A stretch of 63,750 nt of DNA, counting the filler, from Collodictyon triciliatum (Eukaryota): assembly GCA_043381765.1 (NCBI GenBank). It is 15 parts of 15 records of this genome, joined end to end, with 100 filler letters (N's around TTAATTAATTAA, not from the genome) between each part and the next. Parts side by side here need not be neighbours in the genome. Positions count along the whole stretch, not along the records: positions 24,906 to 32,321 come from JBHJMP010006554.1; positions 32,422 to 36,468 come from JBHJMP010006555.1; positions 36,569 to 38,902 come from JBHJMP010006556.1; positions 39,003 to 43,045 come from JBHJMP010006558.1; 11 more parts are not named here. One strand, given 5' to 3'. The translations under genes were made by a program, and so were the position numbers. The notes under the pieces were generated by a model that worked only from the letters and a program-made list of their open reading frames with translations, searched no databases and had not been told where the DNA came from. How positions within the stretch are numbered: position 1 is the first letter of the stretch; each line of letters begins with the position of its first letter. Positions 29,205 through 39,422 of this stretch are shown piece after piece.

Positions 29205-32200
29205 GTTCAGAATAAATAGTATATATAAAAAGAACTTTAATCAGCAAAACCGGATTGTTGTGAACATCGAGGCGCGAAAGGCTCGACAAACGCGATATAT
29301 CGGAGGGAATGGACGAAATCTAGAATTCAATCGCGTAAACAGAATAGATAAAATTACAAGGCATTATAAAATATCATGGATTGCTATGGACAAGTACAAA
29401 TAAAATGCAAAAATTGATAATCTTACTTCATTATTGGATATGTCCAGAGATGATAAGTTTGCCAACTCGACACATTGCCGAGGGAATTGAATGAGCTGTA
29501 AAAATAATTTTGAGCTAAATATAGCAGTCTTGTTTGTAAAAAAAAAAGAAATAAAAAACCTTATTTGAGTGTAAATAAAGCGTCTGTAAGTTGGTCAGCT
29601 TGCTTAGCGAATCAGGTAATTGGGAAAGCTGCTTTTCAGCCATCCATAGACATGTTGCATTTTCGATTCCATAATTGCTAGGAGTAAAGCGCATATTCAT
29701 TTCCTCGATATCCCTTAGTTCTTGGAAGGTTTCTGCACCTTGTTGACTTCTTGATTCCATGTTTTCACGAAATCGTATCTGATCAGCTATGAACTGCGAT
29801 ATAGACGAAAGCTCTTGCTTGATAAAAGAGTATTTTGCGTAAACCTCATCTTTATCAAGTTTGGATATGACATCTCCATAGAGTTTCAAGGCCTTCACTT
29901 TTTTGAGTAATCTCTTGGATGCCTCACCGTGTTGCTCTTTCAGATAGTCAATTAATTGAACATAGAATAGTTCCTTGACAAACTTAATCGGAGCACTTTG
30001 AACGCCCACATTCACATTTTGCTTCGATAGTTCGACAAACGCAGAAGCATCTGATGGACTGATGTGATACATCTCTAGCATCGAATCCTCATTGAATTCT
30101 TCTTTGACATCGGTGAACTCATTCCAACCTTGTTCGGCTATTACTTGGCTGAATCGTGTGAAATTATGGTCTTGCAGCCATTCGACGAACTCGCCACGAT
30201 ACATATTCAACAATGGTGAGTATTTTATGGGAAGCAATTCAATTATTTCTTTTTGAGAGAGCTTGTACTGTTTTGATGATAAAATATCCAAGTATTCACA
30301 AACCATATGTAAAGTGGGTCGAAGTTTGTAATATTGTTTCCAACAAGCTTTGATAAGATGACTGAATTCGATTGATGCATCAGAAGGTATTTCAGGTCTT
30401 AGCCCCCTCATTGTGAAACTTTGAGGCTGCGCTTCACCAAGGAATGGTTCGATTCCTGAAAACATGTACCAAACAAGCATCCCCAATGCATACACATTAC
30501 TTGGCTCTCCACGATGTCCGATATTCACTTCATGTTCTCCATACATTGATTCGTCCTCATAAAAAGGTTTACAAACAACTTCATGAATTTCTGGTGCTTG
30601 CCAATTTTTTGTGCCATCTTGTTCCAATTCGCCAAATCGCGTGGGCAGATTAGAACCAACTTTTTCCAGTCCGCGACGACTAACAATCCCAAAGTCTACA
30701 ATCTTTACTATTTCTTTCACAATCATGACATTATCGGCCTTCAAGTCCTCGTGATAAAGCTTCTTGGAATGCATGAAAATGAGGCCTTGGCAGATTTGTT
30801 TTGCGTATGAAACAATCTGAATATTCCTCAACTTTACTTGATTTTTTTCCAACATTGTTTTCAGCGAAATACCGGCATGCTCCATAATCATGAAAAAGTC
30901 ATCATCCTTGCGATAGACCCCAAAGAGCCCCACAATATTTTCATTCTCTTTGCATTCATGGAGATATTTGCTTTCAAATATAAGCGATTCGATTAGTTCA
31001 CTGATAGTTTGTTGCTCCGTTTTCTTAATTGTCTGTATTTTGACGACAGCTTCCTTTCCTTGGTGTTTTGTTTTGTATACACGGCCAAACGCTCCTTTTC
31101 CAATATATTCCACTAATTCTGCTTGTTCATTCGTCGATATGCCTATTAATTTCTCGTCGATTGATTCCAGCTTCAATATCTCATCAGGTGTTTGCTTCTT
31201 CTTTCCTCTTCTTGCTTTCATCGCAGATTGAACTCGCTTTGATATCCCTGAAAAATAAATATAATGACATTAATTGATAAGCATTATTCATTTAATATTT
31301 AAGATAATAAAAAAGATATCATAAATAATAATTATAAAAGAAGTACCTTGTTCCATATAGACGCGTCCTTGCTTCACAATCTTGGTATCAAGCTGGTGAT
31401 TTCTTGAGCAAACTGTGAGTTCTGTCTCCTCCAGCCTTAAATTTGTTTGAATATATCCGCCCAATCCATTGAGTCGGCATTCAGGACATTCCAGTTGGCA
31501 ATTTTGAATAAAATTTGGTCGAATCGATGCTATTCGTTTGATAAAGAATGAAAGAACATGAAATATACGAACTGGTTCCACGCTTTCATCATAGTTGCTG
31601 TCATATTTTCGGAACTTTATGGAAATATTACTTTGATGGATTTGAATAAAAATGATGAATTCGTTTCCAGGAATGAGGTTCAACTCTTTGTGCTCCTTTC
31701 CATAACTTGCTTTCAGATGAATGAGTGCAATATCACTGAAGAAATGGTCTTCGTATTGAATTTCGGATGATGCTCCTTTGGTCAAACGAAGTGCTTGGAC
31801 AATTATGTTGCTTTTGTCTGAGAGTTGCACTTCGCCGCTGCTATTCATAATAGCCGAGATTGCAGATACAGTTAGATTCTGGTTTCTCATTCCACAGAAC
31901 TCTGATATTTTGGCATTCTTCCATGAGAGATGGGAAAGCAATGCATTCCCTATTGAAATGGATTCCAAGTCCGAAATGGTCGAATATGTTGATAATTGTA
32001 CTGAAGACATGCTCATCCAGTTCGGCATTCAGCTCTTGCTTGATTTTATCTTTCAGTTTAGTCAACAGAATGATGCCGCTTGAGTCCTTGCCGACACCTT
32101 TGAAACTGAAGACGCAGCGGAATATATTGATAAGGAAAAGCGGGTCTAGAAACGCTATGTCCTTCATATCTTCGAATGATGAGTACCAAACCACGGAACC

Positions 32201-32321
32201 AAGGTCATGCAGGAATTTTAGGGCACTTTTGCACTGATTTTTTTCCATTTTCAGGTCTTTCTCTGCAAAATCATAGATATCTTGAATATTCTCATACTTT
32301 TGCTGTTTTCCTTTCGATTCT
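28520..32321 (-). CDS. Roco-type protein (5' truncated): COR - protein kinase - two SAM-like helical domains - LRRs - low-complexity tract - SAM, with a frameshift at about 31841
   Basis: COR motif ALKFLHDLGSVVWY...IAFLDPLFL; kinase GKGAFGRV, VVK, HEDLKADN, DFG, GTKNWQAPE; LRR LSQLPDSLSKLTNLQTLYLHSN; terminal SAM MSTEELVAYL...NDVTGKDFVSLNEEDL. In-frame intron 31248-31346. Confidence 0.8.
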
Positions 32322-32484
32322 NNNNNNNNNNNNNNNNNNNNNNNNNNNNNNNNNNNNNNNNNNNNTTAATTAATTAANNNNNNNNNNNNNNNNNNNNNNN
32401 NNNNNNNNNNNNNNNNNNNNNAATGTTATTGAGTCTAAAGTGTATTTAATATATTAATGTCATACCGTGTAATTTAAATAGGGG

Positions 32485-32512
32485 GAAATATTAAAGCATG
32501 CTTTAATATTTC
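32485..32512. repeat. Perfect 28-bp palindrome
   Basis: GAAATATTAAAGCATGCTTTAATATTTC equals its own reverse complement. Confidence 0.95.
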
Positions 32513-32792
32513 TAATGTTTTTAAATACTACATTAATAATTAATCTATATTAAAATAATAATAATATATAAAGAATAAAAAGAATAAAAGGATAAAAGGG
32601 AATAAAGGGAATAAAGGGAGGGAGGGAATAGTGAAATAAGAATTTATAAAAATTATATATATATATATGTTGGTTGGTTGGTTTCCCCTTCCTTTTTTCC
32701 CCTAAATATATTTTTGTTGGTCGGTCGGTTGGTTTAAATAATGGAGGGAAGGAAGGGGCGATTTTAAAATATAAATTTTAAATAATAAATTG

Positions 32793-32806
32793 AAAATGAC
32801 TTAAAG
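32793..32806 (+). promoter_or_regulatory. Putative element promoter motif AAAATGACTTAAAG (copy 1)
   Basis: 27 nt upstream of the helicase ATG; identical copy at 35727. Confidence 0.6.
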
Positions 32807-32833
32807 AAATATTTTTATATTTTATTATATATT

Positions 32834-34849
32834 ATGGAAACCTTAATTAATTTACCAACTGAAGCCTTTGATTTTGAAACCGCTTTAAGTTTAATTAAAT
32901 CAGTAAAAGTTAAAGAAAAGACATATTATGATAATGACGAGTGTATAAATTATTTACATAAATATTTTTATCAAGTTACAGGAGGATTTTATTATTATAA
33001 TTATGATAAGGATGAACTTATTTTTTACGACATCAAAAATATAAACTTAGATTTTTTTAATAAATTTAGTGATGAAGTTAAAAATATGATAACGTCTAAA
33101 AATATTATATTTTATAATATAATTCATGATAGCTTTAAGCCTCGTATTTTTAAAATTAATAAAGTAAGATATATTAATATGTCTAAATTTTATTTATTAA
33201 AAAAGTTAGTTAAACCATATGATAGCTTTTCTGATGAAGTAAAAGAGAATACAAAATTATTATTAAATTATATTTATGTAGTTCTAGCTGATAATAATGA
33301 TGAAGTTTATAATTATTTGTTAAAATGGTATAGTAACGTATTTAAAGGTGTTAAAAATAATTCAGTATTATATTTAAAGTCTATTGAAGGCACCGGAAAG
33401 TCTACATTATCTGATTTTATACAAAAATATATATTACTTGAAGGGTTAAGCATAAAGTGTGGTACTGAGCCTTTACTAACACAATATAATTCAATTTTAA
33501 AAAATTCTATTTATGTACGATTTGAAGAGATGCCAACATTTAGTACAAGTCAATGGATAGGCATATCATCAAAATTAAAAGATTTAATAACATCCGAAAG
33601 AATGATTATTAATGAAAAATATGAAAAGTCGTATGAATGCGATAATTTAAATAATTATGTAGTTTGTAGCAATCATAATGCTATCCAACACGCAGAAGGT
33701 AGAAGATATTTTATATTAGATATAAACACTGAATATGTGAATGATCTTAAGTATTACGGAAATTTAAGAAATAAAACATTTAATAAAGAAGTAGGGCAGG
33801 CTTTTTTTAATTATATTCTTGAAATAAATACAGATGATTTTTATTCACAAGATATGCCATTAACTGAAAATAAAAAAAAGGCTATAGAAAATTCATTATT
33901 AACCGAATATAAATTTATAAGAGACGAATATGTTATTAAAAAAAAGGGATTAGATGGAATTAAAAAAACAGATTTATATAATAATTATAAATTATATTGT
34001 GTTGAAAATAATTTAATTAATAATAATAAATCATCATCTTCATTTTATGAAAAATTAGAAAATGTGAATATTAAAAGCGTAAAAAATAGCGTAGAATTAT
34101 ATAAAACTACATATGATGTATTATTAAAAATAGCTACTAATAATAAATGGCTTGTAGGTGTTGAATATAATAATATAGATGATAATATAGATGATAAAAA
34201 ACCTTCTGACATTTCTATTATTGAAGAAAATGAACAACTTAAAAAAATAATAGATGAATTAAAAAAAGAAAATGAACAACTTAAAGAAGAGAATAAACAA
34301 TTAAAAAATAATGATTTAGTTTATATAAATAAGTCATTATGGGGGGAAATAGAAGAATATAAAAAAGAATTAAAATTTTTATATAATTATTATTATGAAA
34401 ATATTGAAAAAGAATTAAAAAATATATTAGAAGTAGATAATAGCGATGATGTTAAAATTAAAATTAATAAATCATCAAAAAAATATATTAATGAGTATGA
34501 AGAAATGACATTTGATGAATCAGATTTAGTATCAAGTATAACATTAGGTGATAGTAATAATGATAATAAAAAAACAAAAAATAAAAAAACAAAAAATAAT
34601 ATAGTCATACAAAAAAAAGAAGAAGATTTAAAATATTATGAGTATGATATATTACCAAACACAAAAGGGGCAGATTATCAACATATATTTAATAAATATA
34701 AAATTAAAAATGTAATTATTTATAATGATAATGATAATGATAATGATAATGATAATGATAATGATAATGATAATGATAATGAAGATGATGAACAAGTTAA
34801 AGATCATATAAAAAGTTTTACAGAATCAAACAAAAAATATATTAAGTAA
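32834..34849 (+). CDS. D5-like superfamily-3 helicase (DUF5906/NrS-1-type NTPase) with a C-terminal coiled coil and a (DN)n tail
   Basis: YLKSIEGTGKS (Walker A), VRFEEM (Walker B), KLKDLITS...INEKY, VVCSN (motif C), GRRYF (Arg finger); 671 aa, intronless. Confidence 0.88.
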   Translation: METLINLPTEAFDFETALSLIKSVKVKEKTYYDNDECINYLHKYFYQVTGGFYYYNYDKDELIFYDIKNINLDFFNKFSDEVKNMITSKNIIFYNIIHDSFKPRIFKINKVRYINMSKFYLLKKLVKPYDSFSDEVKENTKLLLNYIYVVLADNNDEVYNYLLKWYSNVFKGVKNNSVLYLKSIEGTGKSTLSDFIQKYILLEGLSIKCGTEPLLTQYNSILKNSIYVRFEEMPTFSTSQWIGISSKLKDLITSERMIINEKYEKSYECDNLNNYVVCSNHNAIQHAEGRRYFILDINTEYVNDLKYYGNLRNKTFNKEVGQAFFNYILEINTDDFYSQDMPLTENKKKAIENSLLTEYKFIRDEYVIKKKGLDGIKKTDLYNNYKLYCVENNLINNNKSSSSFYEKLENVNIKSVKNSVELYKTTYDVLLKIATNNKWLVGVEYNNIDDNIDDKKPSDISIIEENEQLKKIIDELKKENEQLKEENKQLKNNDLVYINKSLWGEIEEYKKELKFLYNYYYENIEKELKNILEVDNSDDVKIKINKSSKKYINEYEEMTFDESDLVSSITLGDSNNDNKKTKNKKTKNNIVIQKKEEDLKYYEYDILPNTKGADYQHIFNKYKIKNVIIYNDNDNDNDNDNDNDNDNDNEDDEQVKDHIKSFTESNKKYIK

Positions 34850-34869
34850 TTTTTTAAAATTTTAAATTA

Positions 34870-35688
34870 TTATTTTTCTAATAATAATTTATTTCTCGTA
34901 TAAGTAATATTTTTTTTATTATTTAATACATATCTAATAGGACTACCTGGATTTATCAATACATTTTTTATAGTTTCGGTTTTATCACTAAATCGTTTAT
35001 CTGTTGCTCTAAATCTATTATCTTTAACACCTTCAGGATGAGATAAAGCGGGTTTTACTTTATCTCCAACTTTTAATATTTTTTCATTTTTTGTAACAGG
35101 TAATGGTTCACCTGTTATATTTAAACTTTGTATTTTATAGTTATTTTCTACATTTTTATTCATATAAAATATTACTTCTTTTAAATTTTTTAACCATGTC
35201 TTATTACTTTTATTATTTTTCTTTTCCATTTGATCCATATAATAAAATAAAGCTTTTGATATTTGATATATTTTATTGTCTATAATGCCTAAATGGTGAC
35301 CTCTTGGAATAGGATATATATTATATCCTTTTTCTTCTAATAAATCGTTTTTAAATTCACCCCCTGAATCTGTATATATAATAGTTGGTTTATTTAAACC
35401 ATTTAAACTACGATTATATATTTTATTAAATCCGTTTAATATATCTTTACTCATTTTATTTTTTAATGGTTCGGCATCAATTAAACGCGTTCTTATATCT
35501 ACTACTACTAATATATATTTGTATCCGAATTTTTCATTAGGCATTATTATTAAATCCGCTTGATGGCTAAAATTTTTTATAGCGCTTTTATATTGTGGAG
35601 GGTTTATATCATCTTTTGGAACTTTATATAATTCAAGTTCTTTTTTATTAGTCTTATTAAAATATTCTTTTATAATATCATTAGACAT
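34870..35688 (-). CDS. rve-family integrase, Polinton/Maverick/mavirus type
   Basis: HQADL...YKYILVVVDIRTR...EPLKNK...IIYTDSGGEF; C-terminal LKVGDKV...FS...P..Y.L...Y...L module typical of Polinton integrases. Confidence 0.9.
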   Translation of the reverse strand: MSNDIIKEYFNKTNKKELELYKVPKDDINPPQYKSAIKNFSHQADLIIMPNEKFGYKYILVVVDIRTRLIDAEPLKNKMSKDILNGFNKIYNRSLNGLNKPTIIYTDSGGEFKNDLLEEKGYNIYPIPRGHHLGIIDNKIYQISKALFYYMDQMEKKNNKSNKTWLKNLKEVIFYMNKNVENNYKIQSLNITGEPLPVTKNEKILKVGDKVKPALSHPEGVKDNRFRATDKRFSDKTETIKNVLINPGSPIRYVLNNKKNITYTRNKLLLEK

Positions 35689-35726
35689 ATAATATATTAA
35701 ATATAAAATAATTTAAAATTAAAATT

Positions 35727-35740
35727 AAAATGACTTAAAG
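35727..35740 (+). promoter_or_regulatory. Putative element promoter motif AAAATGACTTAAAG (copy 2), in the 81-bp divergent intergenic region
   Basis: 29 nt upstream of ATG 35770. Confidence 0.6.
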
Positions 35741-35769
35741 CTTTATTTATTATATAAATTATATATATA

Positions 35770-36117
35770 ATGTCACAACCAAAAATATATAATTGGGAAG
35801 AAAAAATAACAGAAATAAAAAATTCAAGCGGAAAAAAGCTTAGACAAAAATCTTATAAAATAGATAAGGGGGGAATGACTAGAAAACAATTAACCCAAGA
35901 ATTAGAAAAGATGCTTGAGGGTCAAGCGCGAACAGGACATAAAGGACAATATAAATTAACGGTATTTTATAAAAATGCTGGTTTTAGATCAACACGCGAT
36001 GCTATAAAAATGTCAAAAAATAATATATTAGTAAATATAGATGATACTTCGGACTCAAATATAACAGAGGAAGAAGCAGGAAAAATAATCTATTTTTATT
36101 TATATGATTTTATTTAA
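35770..36117 (+). CDS. Hypothetical basic protein of the element (115 aa)
   Basis: Intronless ORF with TATAATG start context and the shared upstream motif. Confidence 0.75.
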   Translation: MSQPKIYNWEEKITEIKNSSGKKLRQKSYKIDKGGMTRKQLTQELEKMLEGQARTGHKGQYKLTVFYKNAGFRSTRDAIKMSKNNILVNIDDTSDSNITEEEAGKIIYFYLYDFI

Positions 36118-36153
36118 TTTTTTAAAAATATATAATAATTATATTATTATTAT

Positions 36154-36468
36154 ATGTCAACCTATAGAAAAGAATATTATGAAAAAAATAAAGAAAAAGC
36201 AATAAAACAACAAAAAACATATTATGAAAAAAATAAAGATAAGATATATGATTATCAAAAAAATTATTATAGAGAAAAATATAAAAATGATATTAATTTT
36301 AGAAACAAACATAAAGAATATAGTAAACAATATTATTGTAAAAAAAAGAACGAAGTTAAAGAATGTCATAATTCATATTATGAAAAAAATAAAGAATATA
36401 TATTAAATAGATTAAAAGAAAAATATAAAAATGATATTAATTTTAGAATTAAACATAAAGAATATGAT
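36154..36468 (+). CDS. Lys/Tyr/Glu-rich repeat protein of the element (truncated)
   Basis: Repeated YYEKNK and duplicated EKYKNDINFRxKHKEY; runs off the contig. Confidence 0.7.
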
Positions 36469-36833
36469 NNNNNNNNNNNNNNNNNNNNNNNNNNNNNNNN
36501 NNNNNNNNNNNNTTAATTAATTAANNNNNNNNNNNNNNNNNNNNNNNNNNNNNNNNNNNNNNNNNNNNAAGAAGAAAAAGAAGAAAAAGAAGAAAAAGAA
36601 GAAAAAGAAGAAAAAGAAGAAAAAGAAGAAAAAGAAGAAAAAGAAGAAAAGAAAAAGCAGTCGCTAGTCAATAAGAAGCCATGGTATTTCGATTGTCTCT
36701 GTTTCTGTTGTTCACATAGTTTTGCATTTTTGCAGAAGCACTCGCGCGTGTTTTTTCTATATTTTTTTTTTACATTTTTAATTTTTTTTTTTTTTACTTC
36801 TCGCAATAGAAAGGAATATAAGAGGGCGTTTCG

Positions 36834-37338
36834 ATGTTGTCTCTACACCGCCCGAGCTCACCTCATCCAGCAGCGAAGGCCTTCCATCGAAGCAACTCTG
36901 CTCCGCTTCGGTTCAAGGACTCAAAGCCACTATCGCTCTCGCAGACCCCAGGCAAGCCAAAGTCTTCTGGCCCACAGAATCCGAATTCTTCACCAAGGTC
37001 CTCTTCCGGATCTTTGTCCTTGGGTGATTCAATCGCCAGACTCTTCTCCAAGTCGACCTCGCAAGGCTCCCAAAACAATCAGTCGACGAGCAGTATTTCC
37101 CCAAAGGACCAAAATAAGCCACAAAAGAGAAAAGAAAGTGATACGCAGGTATATCCTGATCACAAATTACCTCTATTTTGTTACTCTCACTCTTTGTCTT
37201 CTTCCGAGTCTTGCAGATTTATTCCTCTTTATTATAATTCCAATACCCGCGGCAAGTTTTAGTCGTTGTTTCTTTTCTATTTTATTCTCTACTTTCTTTC
37301 TTTCTTTTCTTTTCTTTTCTTTTCTTTCTTTCTTTCTC

Positions 37339-37386
<48 letters not shown>

Positions 37387-37398
37387 TCNNNNNNNNNN

Positions 37399-37448
<50 letters not shown>

Positions 37449-38789
37449 ATCTTCTGTCTCAATTGTTCTGGTCACTAGAAGCTCAAACGATCCAGATACG
37501 AGCGAAAAAGTAGTTCGTGATTCCTTTACCCATGCAATTCTCAAGAACAATTTCCTTTCGTTGCGAATTAGCACCTGACCCTTACTATCTTCCTAGGCAC
37601 AAAGTCCGTCAGACAAGAAAACCAAAACTGTAACAGAAGACGATGATAACATATTCAAGCCCCCTAGGTAAGATTCGAGTAGCCCCTGTTCTGTTGTCAG
37701 ATAAGAAAATATTTCGCTTCTGCCTTTGCCAAACTACAACCAGTCAATTGTCTCAAGACGAGAAAACAAAGCTCGATCTTATCGTGGCAAGACTCACGTA
37801 CTATATTAGTTTATACATACGTATATTCATCAATGAGAGAAACGCAACCGTGAGATACTTTTGGTTTACAATAGACACCATTTATCCCCACCCGAATTGA
37901 TTCACCAACTCATGAAATGGAGGCCAGAGTGCAAAGTTGGGACAGGGCTTGACAATGTCGGGAATACATGTTTCCTTAATTCAGTCATCCAATGCTTGAC
38001 ACATACGCCACCACTAGCCCATTTGGCGATGGTCAAAGGACACTCTAGGTCATGTGAGTAAAATTATACTCTGTTTCAAAAATGAATGACGACCTGGCAG
38101 CACTATATGGAACTCATAACTATTTTCTTTCCTTATTAGTTTTTTGAAACATATGTGGCCCCCCCACCTCTACAGGATGATTCTAAAATGTAAATCAACT
38201 CACCAAAGGCAATAGCTCTGAATTTTGCATGTTTTGCATTCTTGAGAGTCATATCCAGAGAGCATTCTCGGCTCCACATCCAATTATACCCAAACAAATC
38301 GCTGGAAACCTAAGGGGTTAGTTGCTATAAGATCATTTGAATAGGATGTCTATGGAATTCGGATAGCACGGTTGACGATAACCATAATTCTTGTTAATTG
38401 TCAATATTTTAATTAGTTATTGGGAAGCAATTTCGGTTAGGGAGACAAGAAGACTCCCATGAATTCATGAGATACGTTATCGAAGCGTTGCAAAAGAGCT
38501 GTCTCCAACCACTTAAGGAGTAAGATCAACAATCCGAAGCTGCTTATTTCCTGAAGATGTTTGGTTGAAATCAACATTACAAAATCAATTCCTCTTAATT
38601 ATTCTAATTGAATATTTAGCTTCGAATACAATTTTATTCTGATTTTTGTAACACTCACCAAATCCAGTCCATTGTCACTTTGTTAAAAAGTCATCTTTCT
38701 CTATCTTTACCTACAGCCGCAAGCTACCTCCTAGAGTTTCGGAAACTACACTCATTCACAACATTTTTGGAGGATACCTCCAAAGCCAA
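36834..38789 (+). CDS. USP36/USP42-like ubiquitin-specific protease (3' truncated)
   Basis: [81 protein letters not shown]. Confidence 0.92.
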
Positions 38790-39422
38790 GTATGTACATT
38801 TATCCTCGCATAGACATCCCATAGCCCCCCCCCCCCCCCCTTCTCCTTAAAAAAAAAAACCCTTGCATTTTGTTTTGAAACCAAAAAAATATTTTTTTTT
38901 TTNNNNNNNNNNNNNNNNNNNNNNNNNNNNNNNNNNNNNNNNNNNNTTAATTAATTAANNNNNNNNNNNNNNNNNNNNNNNNNNNNNNNNNNNNNNNNNN
39001 NNTGATCATTAAGATACAAGGGAACAAACCAAAACCAAAAACCAAAACCCAAAAACCCAAAAACCCAAAAACCCAAAAACCCAAAAACCCAAAAACCCAA
39101 AAACCCAAAAACCCAAAAACCCAAAAACCCAAAAACCCAAAAAACCAAAAACCCAAAAACCCAAAAACCCAAAAACCCAAAAAACCAAAAAACCCAAAAA
39201 CAAAAGACGAAAGCAAATAATAGCACAGCTGATAGAGTATAAGCAATCATGTGTAATCACCTCCCTTTCATTTCTTAATTAATATTCAAGCGCCCATAGC
39301 TAATTATACCCACATTATTTTCTCTCTTCAAATGTCGTGAGCATGTGAAAACCAAATGATAATCGCTAGAATTATACCCACATTCAAAAGTAGCATTTCA
39401 GTATTTACCTCACTTGATATAG

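Larger units (their letters stand above)
32422..36468. mobile_element. Fragment of a Polinton-like virus / virophage / Maverick-type element
   Basis: Whole contig is intronless, gene-dense and much more AT-rich than the host contigs. It carries an SF3 helicase, an rve integrase and small basic ORFs. No host flank is visible. Confidence 0.8.

Noticed and set aside
38947-39260. Low-complexity ORFs in the ORF track (poly-F, L, K, Y, V, FGFLG repeats, X runs) here and elsewhere
   Set aside because: They are translations of microsatellites and N gaps, not genes.
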